Part shown: positions 1 through 11,684 of the stretch, in pieces
How the letters are laid out: each line of letters opens with the position of its first letter
Position numbering within the stretch: the stretch's first letter is position 1
Assembly (NCBI GenBank): GCA_964016885.1
Contig: OZ024742.1
Coordinates: 48,732,001-48,796,000 of the forward strand
Length of the DNA stretch: 64,000 bases
Source of the DNA: Eledone cirrhosa
Lineage: Eukaryota
Direction of reading: 5' to 3'
Made by a program: the position numbers and the translations under genes
Notes under the pieces: model-generated
Database searches by the model: none
What the model was told of the DNA's origin: nothing
What the model saw: only the letters and a program-made list of their open reading frames with translations

Positions 1-149
1 TTAAAATTGAAAAATAAAAAAAATTAAAAAATTTTAAAAAATTTTAAAAATTTTTAAAAAATTTTAAAAAATCCTTTAAAAAATTCTTTAAAAAATTCTT
101 TAAAAAATTCTTCAAAAAAATTTCAAAAATTCTCAAAAAATTTAAAAAT

Positions 150-761
150 GTTTAAATATTATAGAATATTTTAAGCTAAAATAATATGTTTAGTATAGAA
201 ATTTATCTTACGTATATTTTATTCAAGATATTGAAAGGATAAACTTTTCTAGAATAGTTTATTATATTTATAATTATATTTATGAAGAAAATTTATACTT
301 GGGTACTTAACCAAAGAAAATGAAAAAGGTGAAGGAATCTAATGATTTATCGACAGGTTTCGTATATTAACTAAATTATTTAATTAATTAAACTACATTT
401 TAAATTTATATTTATATTTAAACGTTGAGTTCAATCTATGTCTGCAGCAACTGAATAAATTATTCCTTAAATTAAGGGAATTTTTGGTCTTTAATTTAAA
501 AAATATTTCCTCTATACAAAGATCACAATTTTCAGAAGAGGAATTAAAAGGAGTAGCTTATGAAATAATATTCCAAATCAGCGAATATTCTACATTATCT
601 CGTTTTAGGTCCCATAATAGGCTAGATAGCGAAGTTGAAGATTTTTTGTTTGGATCTGTAAAAGAATTGTTATGATTATTGAAGCGGGATTTAAATTCTG
701 TAGAGGTAGAACAGACATAGTTAAATGAATTTAAATTAGTTTTAAAATTACAATTATACAC

Positions 762-775
<14 letters not shown>
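150..775 (-). mobile_element. Naiad-type Penelope-like element, 3' fragment (GIY-YIG C-terminus plus 3' UTR)
   Basis: Minus ORF 558-848 gives IVYNCNFKT...FNYVCSTSTEFKSRFNNHNNSFTDPNKKSSTSLS, which aligns to the GIY-YIG region of ORF 12333-13898. The downstream sequence also mirrors 13900-14400. Confidence 0.85.
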
Positions 776-835
<60 letters not shown>

Positions 836-2849
836 AATCTACCCACAATTAAGAAAACACGTTAACTTACCACTCTGGGAAAACACATCCCAAGTAATTA
901 ACTGGTTAACTAATATTAGAAATAAATCATCTGCTTCATTTCTACAATTTGATATAGATGCTTATTATTCCTCAATATCACTCATACTCCTGAACAAACT
1001 CATCTATGGATGACATTAATATTATCAGGCACGCTAGACAAACACTACTGGAGTTTCAGAAGGAATACTGGACCAGAAATACATATATTAATCTCTTCGA
1101 CATTACTATGTGCTCTAGTGATTCCGCCCAAATTACCGATCTTGTGGGCCTCTTTCTCCTATTTAACATTAATTCATCTTTTCCCCACCTTAAAGGTAGT
1201 TTATATTGTGATCACGGTTTTCTTCTTTCCACTAATCTTAGCCTATCAGAAATTGAAAAAATAAAAAACTTAGAACTTTCCTCAAAGACAATTACAATCT
1301 CACTATTACATTTGAAAACACCAGTAAAATAGTCAATTTCCTAGATATAACTTTAGACCTATCTACGGGTATCTCCCAACTTTACCATATACCTAACCAA
1401 AACTTACATTACATACACTCACAATCCAATCACCCTAGATCTATCCTTAAAAACCTAGCATATAACATCTCACTCAGAATCTCTAACCTTTCATCTAACC
1501 TGGATGTATTCGCTAAAAACGCGCCCTTTTATAACGAAGCTTTAGCTAGAAGCGGCCACAAAAACAAATTAGTCTATATAACTTGCACCAATAATACTTC
1601 AAACATACAACCTAATATTACCAACAAACACCAAATGAAAAACCCACACCTAAATGCCACTGATGCTACACCTAAAAATTCCAACCTAAAATTGAATTTC
1701 TCTACCTCTTCTCACATAAAATATAATGACTTTCAAAAAACCATTCATCCTAATACTCCAATATATGTTAACAACATTACTAACAAAATTCCTAGTAATC
1801 AGACTAAAGCACCTAACTCGGTTAATCTAACTAAACCTATATATAATAAATTCACTAATAGTAACTCTCTTAGTAAACATCCTGATACATCGTATAAATA
1901 TAAAAATAAATATCGAAACCATAATAGACGGGTTACATGGTATAATACTCCATTTAATCTACAAATTAAAGATAATATCCCCCAAACATTTTTTACTATC
2001 CAAGAGAAAAACCTCCCACCAAACAATAAATACCATCAACCTTTAAATTGATCAACTGACACATGTTCCTACACCACTACCAAAAATATACAACGGAATA
2101 TAAGTGCGTACAACGCAGATAAATGTAAAAAGACCACAAATATACCACCAACACATCAAACCAACCATAATACTAAAATAAACCGCAACAAACCACCATC
2201 TCCTTCACCTATAACAAGTAGAGTAAATTCCACACCAAATTTGACTAACTCCCCTGATATAATATTCTCGAATGGTTGTAACTGTAGAATCAAAAGAAAT
2301 TTCCCATTAAAGGGAAATTGTCTTATTAACAACAGAGTTTTATAAATGTAAAATTAGCACTAAGGACTCCACTTATTCATATATAGAAGCTACGTCTAAC
2401 CAAATTAAAGTAAGATTTAATACCCATAAACAGTTTTAAAAATGCCGCATTAGCTAATACAACATCCTTGGCTGAAACAATTAATAATTATAGAAAGAAG
2501 AATATCGATTACAACCTGACCTGGAGTGTGCTCAAAAGGGCCACCCCTTATCAAAATAACAGATACGAGTGTAGGTTATGCTCCCAGGAACTTTTTGAAA
2601 TCATGAAACCTAGATCCTATTAAATAAGCGACAAGAATTAATTATATCTTGCAATCATAGAATTAGAAGAACCTTCGAATATTATAAATCTAATTAATAT
2701 ACACCTTACTCTTATATTTTACATATTATTATAATTAGTTTTTTTAATTTAGTTAACCTCTAATTAGTACTTTACTAGTGAGAAGTTCATAATTTTATTT
2801 CCCTCTTACAGCTCTCTTCTCCTAAAATTAATATACCTAAATGTATACC

Positions 2850-3155
2850 TATAAATTAATTTAATTTCCTGTTATGAATCTAGATTCCTTGTAGTTTATA
2901 TAAGATTAGTATTTCTCACTATTTTACTTTCCTTCGTTTTTAACAACACACTTTAATAACATCTAATTCTTATTTATCACATTCATATAAATTAATATAA
3001 ATTTATCCCTATAAGTATTCCTATCAATTAATTTAATTTCTTGTTATAGATCTAGATTCCTTGTGGTTTAAATAAGATTGGTATTTCTCACGAAAACCAT
3101 TATCCTAAACTTTTATTTTCCTTCGTTTTTAACATTATTCTTTAATAACATCAAA
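2850..3155. repeat. Diverged direct duplication (period about 175 bp) in the PLE 3' UTR
   Basis: aattaatttaatttc...tctagattccttgt...taataacatc occurs at about 2853-2963 and again at 3027-3152. Confidence 0.8.
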
Positions 3156-3391
3156 TGTTCGTGTATCCTTCACTGGCTTTACATTTTTTCATCCCCAAAG
3201 TATTATTTTCATTCAGAGTATTATTTTCATTCAAGACATAAGTCTGCGCTCCTCTACCCATAAACTAAATTTCTACTACCACTATTCTATTAACCTGACC
3301 TCTAACTACTTTTCTATTGGTCAATTCAAAACCTGTTCCCAAACAGATCTTTTATATTAAATCTTTGTTGGATTTTTCAATAAACAAATCT

Positions 3392-3505
3392 CATCATTTC
3401 TGAAAAATGTATATTTCCTCTGAAAATTTGTAATATTTTTTCATAGATCTATATGATACACATACCAACACACATTTACATCCTAGAAACGATCGTAAAA
3501 TGATG
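3392..3505 (+). ncRNA. Type I hammerhead ribozyme with extended stem II; core CUGAAAA (G8A, probably impaired)
   Basis: Stem I catcattt/aaatgatg (8 bp), CTGAAAA at 3400-3406, GAAA at 3486, palindromic stem III acgatcgt, GUA site. Confidence 0.7.
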
Positions 3506-3582
3506 CATTTTTTTAATATAAGGAACTTGTTCTTAGTTTTTATTTCATTGTTTTTAGGTTTTATTAATTTATATATATATAA

Positions 3583-3659
<77 letters not shown>

Positions 3660-3664
<5 letters not shown>

Positions 3665-4310
3665 ATACTTTGGGAGGGTCATGTTGCCAATAAGAAACAC
3701 ACGCACCAGTTGCTTTCACTTAAATTTATTATAATAAATTTATAATAAATTTATAAATTTATAAATTTCTGGTTGGTTGGTTGGTTGGTTGGTTGGTTGT
3801 GTGTTGTGTGCTCAGTCTGCGCATGCAGAAAATATGAGTGGAACAGCAACATCACAACTTACAATTAAGGACAAAATGAAAACACACACACACATAGAAC
3901 AAACAACCAACCAGTAACATGTAAATAAACAAATGAATAAATGAACATAAACACACACATACACACGGATGTGGCGCATGCGCAGACTGAGCACACAACA
4001 CACACACAGAAACAAAATGGTGTAGGACAGAACAAAGGACAGGCACAGAAACAAAGAAAGGAATCCACAGTCACTGAAGAGGTCCCAGAGTGTGTGACGA
4101 AAGAACTATGACAATATATAAACAACTATCTGGTTGTGGAACCAACCAACCAACCAGAAATTTATAAATTTATAAATGTACTATAATAAATTGAAGTGAA
4201 AGCAACTGGTGTGTGTGTTTCTTATTGGCAACATGACCCTCCCAAAGTATAACAATATCGGTTTCAACACACGATTTCAGATAAAGAATCTTGCTAAACA
4301 AATTCAGAAA

Positions 4311-4320
<10 letters not shown>
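3660..4320 (+). mobile_element. Non-coding fold-back element (PLE pLTR-like) in (TA)n, carrying an HHR
   Basis: Inverted arms at about 3660-3790 and 4140-4256. A second copy lies on the minus strand at 51290-51690 and a related end at 20035. Confidence 0.8.
4070..4112 (+). ncRNA. Minimal type I hammerhead ribozyme
   Basis: gtca-CTGAAGA-ggtcccagagtgtgtgac-GAAA-gaac-TA-tgac; stem I gtca/tgac. Confidence 0.7.
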
Positions 4321-4389
<69 letters not shown>

Positions 4390-4391
<2 letters not shown>

Positions 4392-4821
4392 GTGAAATAT
4401 TGAAGAATAACATGATCGACTGTACAACTAGGGGTTTTATTATAAGTACTAACAATTGTTTCATTGATCCGGTGAGTCTAAATTATCAGAGTATTCTGAT
4501 GATTTGATCAGAGGTAAACACTGTATTTAAGATCGAGTGACGCAACTTCGAGTGATTAGCGGTCTTTAGACTCACCTGATCAATGAAACAATTGTTAATA
4601 CTTGTAATAAAAGCACTTGTTGTACAGCCGACCATGATATTCTTCAATCTTTCACTATCACTACTACAAGTATAACCTGCATAGGAATTATTTCGAACTC
4701 GCTACCTAACTATGGAAACATCTTGTTGAGTCATATAGAGCCGTACGTTAAAACTATCCACAATACAGAGTACTCACAACCGCTAACCGGATTACCTGTA
4801 ACTACAACTTGTTATCCCATA

Positions 4822-4825
<4 letters not shown>
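4390..4825 (+). mobile_element. Fold-back element with HHR, between (TA)n tracts
   Basis: Inverted arms at 4390-4482 and 4566-4658, followed by a unique tail to about 4825. Confidence 0.75.
4491..4601 (+). ncRNA. Type I hammerhead ribozyme with intact core and long stem II
   Basis: gtatt-CTGATGA-t-ttgatcag...ctgatcaa-t-GAAA-caattg-TT-aatac; palindromic stem III acaattgt. Confidence 0.8.
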
Positions 4826-4886
<61 letters not shown>

Positions 4887-5008
4887 TCATTGATTGAAGT
4901 TTAAGGAAAGAATCGCTGCTTTCACCCTTAACGAGATCTTCTGAAACTATCTACAACTGTTGCTGCTGTTGTTGCTGCTACTGCTGCTACTACTACTACT
5001 ACTACTAT

Positions 5009-5065
<57 letters not shown>

Positions 5066-5764
5066 AAGCGCTTTGTGTTACTAATAAGAATACCAAACTA
5101 TTATTGATAGAATAATTATTGAAAACATTATCAGACATGTCTCGGTAATATAACCTCATTTGGAAAGCATAACATTCACTGTATTTACCGAAGTAGTGAA
5201 GAATCTATAACTCAGTAAATATACAAGATAATATATCTATCTGTTTGCGTAAACATTTGGAGTTGTTTGGGAATTGACAAAATAATAAACTACATCAAAT
5301 AAAAAGCATGCCATTTCCTTGTCTGAAAAAAAACCCACAACACTAGTTTATGTACAAAGAAACAGTAATAATAAAAATAATGCTTTCATGCTCCTAGGCA
5401 GACAAGAAATTACTTCTGATATAAATGGTGTAGCCCGAAAGCTAGAATTGTTTATTTCATACGCAGTCATTCATATTCTTATGTTTAATACCGAGAAAGA
5501 AAAAGAAATCATTTGAAGATGCTTTTAAGCGACATAATTAATTGTTGATTGAATCTTGGCAGAAAATACGAAAATGTTTTGAGAAACGTCACCAAGATTT
5601 GTGGTAAATAAATTCGAGACGTTGGCAGAATAAGTATTCAAACATTGGCAAACAGCCTCTGGCTGCCAAAATGCGATGTCACTAAGACATTCACACATAA
5701 ATATGCATGCGGGAATATATATATATATATTCTCTCTCTCTCTCTATCTCTCTCTCTCTCTCTC

Positions 5765-5856
<92 letters not shown>

Positions 5857-5867
5857 ATGTAAGTGGG

Positions 5868-5927
<60 letters not shown>

Positions 5928-5932
<5 letters not shown>

Positions 5933-5990
5933 AACGTGTAGGACCCCGACGGCTGAGCTCAAGCCGTTTCGACGGCTAATTCTGGACTAA
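5928..5990 (-). repeat. Short copy of a dispersed PLE-tail family (gccgtcgaaacggcttgagctc)
   Basis: The same motif occurs at 20230-20330, 21565-21665 and 50490-50555. Confidence 0.75.
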
Positions 5991-6004
5991 TATGTATATA
6001 TATA

Positions 6005-6400
6005 TATAAATTAATAAAAATAATGAATAAACAAAGAAACAGTTCCTCATATTAAAAAATTCATCATTTTACGATCGTTTCTAACATATATATGCTAGAA
6101 ACGATCGTAAAATGATGATTTTTTTAATATGAGGAACTGTTTCTTTGTTTATTCATTATTTTTATTAATTTATCTTGACTTTGTTTTCCTGTATTTTTCA
6201 TCGAAAAAAGTTTTTTCAAAATATCTTCTCTTTTCATGATATTCGGATTACATTGAGTTCTTCATACGGATTGGACACTACCAAGCATTTTGGTAGATTT
6301 ATCTACATATATATATATGTAGTGTGTGGGTTTAATACTGTGTGGATGTATGTGTGTGATGGTCGTGACTGTTCAATGTGTCAGTATATGTGAGAGCGTA
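6005..6400 (+). mobile_element. Extremely 5'-truncated PLE tail with an inverted 5' copy; same family as 830-3570
   Basis: Near-perfect hairpin at 6008-6083/6096-6172 starting at tagaaacgatcgtaaaatgatg, the 3' half of the HHR at 3484-3505. Confidence 0.75.
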
Positions 6401-6879
6401 CATACTCATAACTAAGTTAAACATTTACATGCACGCAATAAAATACAGTATAAGTAAAGTTTTAATTACACTGAATAATTCATATGCAGTTATTCTTTGA
6501 GAACGGCGTACAATTGTGTTAGAAGATACACATACTTTGTCGAAATACAGACAGGTGGTGTGGTTACCTCTGTCTTGGTAGATTTTATCATATAGCGTCA
6601 AACACCTTTCACGTGTAAGTAGAGAGGGAGAGAACATAAACAATGAGAGATAGAGAGAAAGAGATGAGGAAAAGAAAACATAATTGCCAATGCACACATA
6701 TATGTATACATATGTATTTGGGGCGGGTTGTTGCGAATATGATTACACTAACCCACACTGCACCCCACCTATCATTCATTGGTACACCATCGGATTTCAA
6801 AAATTGATTTTGTGAAACACAACCTAAAATAGATTCCTTGAATTAGAGTTAGCATATGAGATATTGTGTAGCTTTCCCT

Positions 6880-7220
6880 ACAGTCAGTAGAGCGCCGGAC
6901 AAGCACTTGGCAATATTTGTTCCATCTCTTTAGTTTCTGAGCTCAAATCCAACGAGATTCGCCTTGTCTTTCATATTTCTATGATCGATAAAATAAAGTA
7001 CCACTCAAGTAATCTTTCTATCCACGGAAGTTGCTACCTAAATTAAAAACTATTATTCTAAGGACGATGAATTGCTAGAATCAGTATATCATAGAGTAAA
7101 TTGTTTTGTGACATTTAGGGCCTTTTTGTTATATAATGCCGAGGTCCCTTTCATCCGTTTGGTAGTCAATAAAATAAAATGCCAATTACTTATTGGGGTC
7201 GATATGATTGTCTTTGACCT
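6880..7220 (+). mobile_element. Two decayed tRNA-type SINE copies
   Basis: Shared blocks gag(c/t)tcaaatcc...ctttcat...gataaaataaagtacca match the better copies at 36149 and 52615. Confidence 0.6.
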
Positions 7221-7399
7221 CTGTGTTTCAAACCCTTATCATAATAACAGTGAGCCGGATGGAGAATTCTTTCAACTTAAAAAATATCACCAGGTAATAA
7301 ATTGCTATATCATGTAATGAACTTTTTGTTTGAAGTTGATCAATGAATATATGTTACAATGAAAATATGGTACAATCCTCGAATTATTTGAACATCTAT

Positions 7400-8350
7400 C
7401 CCTTTGTTAGCCCTTGACAATCATTGCTAGTGCCTCATAAATATCCAAGTTTCGTGATGATGGTTTCCTTTAAACATTTTTTTTACTGAAAGAATTTGAA
7501 AATATCAACCAAACAATTATGGCAGGGTGATTCAGAATGTATTATGTATACATACTGAAACAGTTTCCCATTCGTTTTTAAACATCTGGTTATATATATA
7601 TAGCTTTTAACAACAGACAGTGTAGGAAATGATTTTGCGATTCCCATGTTAATAAGGAAGACAGAATAGATATAAAAATCACAATTAATTTTTGTAAGGA
7701 ATAGAATTATACAATACGCGAAATTATTTGCTATATAAATAATATCTTTGTTGTTTAGAACGCCATAGACGTGTTTCCTCACATATAATCAGTGTCGTAT
7801 ATCTGTCTCTGAATTAGGAGCGCATTCCATCCATGTGGCTTCACGCAATTTTCATCATATCAATGTTTTTCAAAAAGGCTTCTATTCTTTCGACGTTACT
7901 ACAGAAGGTACTTGCCAATGGAGCCGAGCAATTTGACACATGTTGATTGAAAAGAGAACATCTTCATTTTCATTCATGCTTAAAAATTATATATTCAATA
8001 CAGTGCTGCTCAGATTTCAATGCTCGCAACGACAAACTTGACTATCTGAAATATGAAGGAGATGATAATGGATATGATGAGTCTTGCTTTATCATTCAAC
8101 ATATCTGTTTGAGTGATTATTACCATAGAAACTGAAATTGTTGAAGTTATTTATTATGATGGAGACAAAAGACAATTTGTAAAGGCATATCTGTCTGTTA
8201 CTATTATTCAAGCGTTCGAAACTTATTGCAAAATCACAATAAAATATGTTCCCACTAAACATTCTGTTTATTTCGGAAACACACCTATCTAACAATACAC
8301 ACATTGATGTTGAAATATCATAAGACGCCTTTACATGATGTACATGAAAG
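7400..8350 (+). pseudogene. Possible very decayed LINE AP-endonuclease remnant
   Basis: Peptide CCSDFNARNDKLDY at 8004-8045 resembles the APE GDFNAR motif. Flanking support is weak. Confidence 0.3.
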
Positions 8351-9164
8351 TAGATAGATGCATCAAACATATACTAACAAAATCTTTAATATGGAAATAA
8401 TACCACATTGCAAAAACAAGAATATTTATAATTGTAAGCATATATTAAATATATATATGACTTGTTTGAGAGTTGAATTTACAATCGGAAGACTTTGAGA
8501 TGATTCTCGAACGGAGACATGTGTTGCGATCTTGCGCATGACACTTTAATTCGTGTTCCTCCAGTCCTTCAGCTCTAGAAATTAGTTGCGACGTCATTGG
8601 TGTGTGCATGCGTGAATAAATATTGGATGTTTTGAAAGTTATCGTCATAACGCGATGGTGTGTTTGAAATTTATAGAAATGTATGAAGGTATTTTTGCTC
8701 GTCTTCCATACTCTTGTCATTGACGGCATTCGACTGTTTTAAAAGCTTTACATTGCGTTCTTGTTTCCAATTTATATCTAACAATTTCAAATACATACGC
8801 GCTTCGCCTCGATATTTTTTTTAATACCCAATCTTTCTTTACATTATCTGTGGACATGCACCATGGCCTGTGTTCGACTTCATTATTTTCTTTTTCTTTT
8901 ACTTCTCTCACTGTTTTCTTCCTCTCTCTCCCTCCAAAACAATTTGCTTCTCCCTTCCCAGGCTTGCTAATCCCGCTGTCGAATACAGATGTAATGTTGA
9001 ACAAGGAAAGGAAATAAGATAAGGTTTAATGTTAAATTAATCCATTTTTAGGATCGTTTTAAGGGGCAAAATGAACCCAGATTTTATCGATATATTATGC
9101 AATTCTAGAGTTTTCCCTCGCTAATATATCTCAATTCTACATGTTATATATATATATATATATA

Positions 9165-9400
9165 TAACCAAAGATTAGTATGGTTCGTTGATTACTCAAC
9201 GATTACAATTTAACAATAGATTAAGAAGCACTCAACAGTAACCAATACTGGAATTGAATAATCAAAACCGTAGTGGTATGTCGCATATCAAATCATATAT
9301 GTTGTCTGATGAAAACGTACCATAGTACCTTTGAAATACGCATAATAATGTATATATTTTGATTATGAGAATATTATTTATTTCTTAACATTTTGAATAA
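9165..9400 (+). mobile_element. Short HHR-bearing element; same family as 24705-24880
   Basis: Shares aatactggaattgaa...tatgtc...HHR...tattttgattatg...ttttgaat with 24712-24880. Flanked by (TA)n. Confidence 0.75.
9301..9349 (+). ncRNA. Type I hammerhead ribozyme
   Basis: gttgt-CTGATGA-aaacgtac-cata-gtaccttt-GAAA-tacgca-TA-ataat. Confidence 0.7.
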
Positions 9401-9477
9401 TATATATAAATATTATACATATATATATATGAAATAATTCTCTTAAGTTGATTATTACATTACTATATATATATATA

Positions 9478-10137
9478 TTTGTTTGTCGTGAACTCGTACG
9501 CCGATTTTTCGATACTCGATTATTCTACTATATTTAGCTCTAGACATAGCTATTGACCAGTTAATTTTATTGTTCATTTTTTGTCGATTCTATTAAGTGA
9601 TGAATAGCTCCTGTTTATTTTAACATGCCTATTGAGCACTTTTATTCGATATGTGTATTTCCACATTTTTCCGAATAGTTTTCGCGGATGTAGAGGTTAT
9701 CTCCCTTGCCGAATTCCATGTGCGTATTTAGCTTGGGTTATGCCATTTCATCCGTTTGGACAAAGCTCGTTGAAGAAGTAAATTTCCTGTCCGCTGAATT
9801 CTAGAAGTCTTATATATTTTTATGTGAGCTGATAGAGAACAGTTTAAGGATTTACAGAAACCCAAGAAGCTAGATTTAACATCTTCCTAGCGGGTCCGGG
9901 TATGCTTTTTACATTCATTTAATTTATTGATTTATTGAGATTTTTTATCTGAGTGTCCCGAATCTTCCGGATCGCAAATTTTCGATCGTGCGGTTGATTA
10001 TAGACTTGTTCTGTGTGTGACGGTATTTTACCGATAGTTATAGCTCTGATTTATCTAAATTAGTCAGCACTCTGCTGCTCATATCGAATTTTGTTTGTCG
10101 TGAACTCGTACGCCGATTTTTCGATACTCGATTATTC

Positions 10138-10145
<8 letters not shown>
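9478..10145 (+). mobile_element. About 670 bp non-coding element with identical ~55 bp terminal direct repeats
   Basis: tttgtttgtcgtgaactcgtacgccgatttttcgatactcgattattctactatat at 9478 and 10090. (TA)n on both sides and an HHR-like fold at 9732-9866. Confidence 0.75.
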
Positions 10146-10192
<47 letters not shown>

Positions 10193-10242
10193 CAATTCTA
10201 GCGTGGAAAATGGACGTTAAACGAAGATGATGATGATGATGA

Positions 10243-10277
<35 letters not shown>

Positions 10278-10807
10278 GTAATGTAATAAACAACATAAGA
10301 TAATTATTTCATTTACCAGTGCTTTCTTGAAGGCAGATGTTATGTCTGTCTTCAGTCGTCAGAATGAATAAATAACATGGTCTTTTATTAAATATGGATT
10401 TGAAAGCAAAATTCAGGAGATATGAAACTGAGGCTGAAAAACACAGGCAAAAAGGAATTACAGGAAAAAATATATAAATAAATATCCAGAACATAAACAT
10501 ACACACACTCAACCACGCGCTTATACTTAATAGTACGTAGAGGTATAATTTCTCACATAAGCGTATTTGCGTCTGCATGGAAATGCGAACGGACACATAA
10601 ATACATACAAACACATATACACAAATATATATGCGCTCATATAGGTACACACAAACACACACACACATATAAAAAAAGGGTATACACACACATACACATA
10701 CATACATACAAACCAAAAAGGCTCTATACATACGCGCACGTGTATATACACATACACATATACATATCCATATCCATACACACACACATATATATATATA
10801 TATACAT

Positions 10808-10886
<79 letters not shown>

Positions 10887-10902
10887 TACACACACATATA
10901 TG

Positions 10903-10938
<36 letters not shown>

Positions 10939-10985
10939 GATAGATAGATAAATATACACGGGTGTGTATGATTGTGTATAGAAGA

Positions 10986-11198
10986 TTATATTAATAAGAG
11001 GAATTCCAACTTTGTCCTATTTTCTCGTTTTATTTACAATCCTTTCAAAGTTATAATGGTATTATAATGAAATAGTATGATAGAATATTAAATGTTAACA
11101 TGTAATATTCTATCATACTATTTCATTATAATACCATTATAAATTTTAAAGGAGTGTAAATAAAACGAGTAAATCAGACAAAGTTGGAATTTCTCTTA

Positions 11199-11205
<7 letters not shown>
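10986..11205. repeat. Inverted repeat (fold-back, arms about 105 bp)
   Basis: attaataagaggaattccaactttgtc... mirrored by ...gacaaagttggaatttctcttattaat. Confidence 0.85.
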
Positions 11206-11272
<67 letters not shown>

Positions 11273-11349
11273 CACACACACATATATATGCACATGCACA
11301 TATCAATGTGTGCGAACCATTGTGAAGTAGTTCAGAATGAGAAATTAAC

Positions 11350-11525
11350 ACCAACCACATTTACAGTGAGTGCTGGGGGCTTTTTTGCCGTGGCACCTCC
11401 ACGACCACTTTGCAGTGGAATGATAGGGAGCCCAGTTCTATCGTCTTATTTCTACAGCTGAGTAAACTGGAGCAATGTGAAATAAAGTGTCTTGTTCAAG
11501 GGAACAACACATGACCCGGTCTGAG
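11350..11525 (-). mobile_element. SINE with a CORE-like central block, inserted into a repeat fragment
   Basis: Minus strand reads gtgttgttcccttgaacaagacactttatttcacattgctccagtttactcagctg. It interrupts a reverse copy of 19260-19490. Related decayed copies lie near 8460-8620 and 45990-46290. Confidence 0.6.
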
Positions 11526-11684
11526 AAATAAAAGAAAATCAAAATCAAAATCAAAATAAAGCCAAAAAGGGACATGTTGACAACAAAGGGTGGCTGTGTC
11601 TTGTGGGGAATAAATGCAAACAACTTGAGAATAAACAAATACCCGCTCCAATACTGTTGAGCGCTTTATATAATAACTGAAAAA

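Larger units (their letters stand above)
830..3570 (+). mobile_element. 5'-truncated, decayed Naiad-type PLE (RT, linker, GIY-YIG, 3' pLTR with HHR)
   Basis: Frameshifted peptides FLQFDIDAYYSSI, FDITMCSSDSAQITDLVGLFLL, NFLDITLDL, CNCR...CL, YIEAT and CRLCSQE. Ends at (TA)n. Confidence 0.9.

Noticed and set aside
3660-4320. Fold-back elements as MITEs (class II)
   Set aside because: The arms are asymmetric with unpaired tails, inversion points differ between copies of one family, and a copy with no inverted arm exists (51290-51690). This fits PLE-type retrotransposition.
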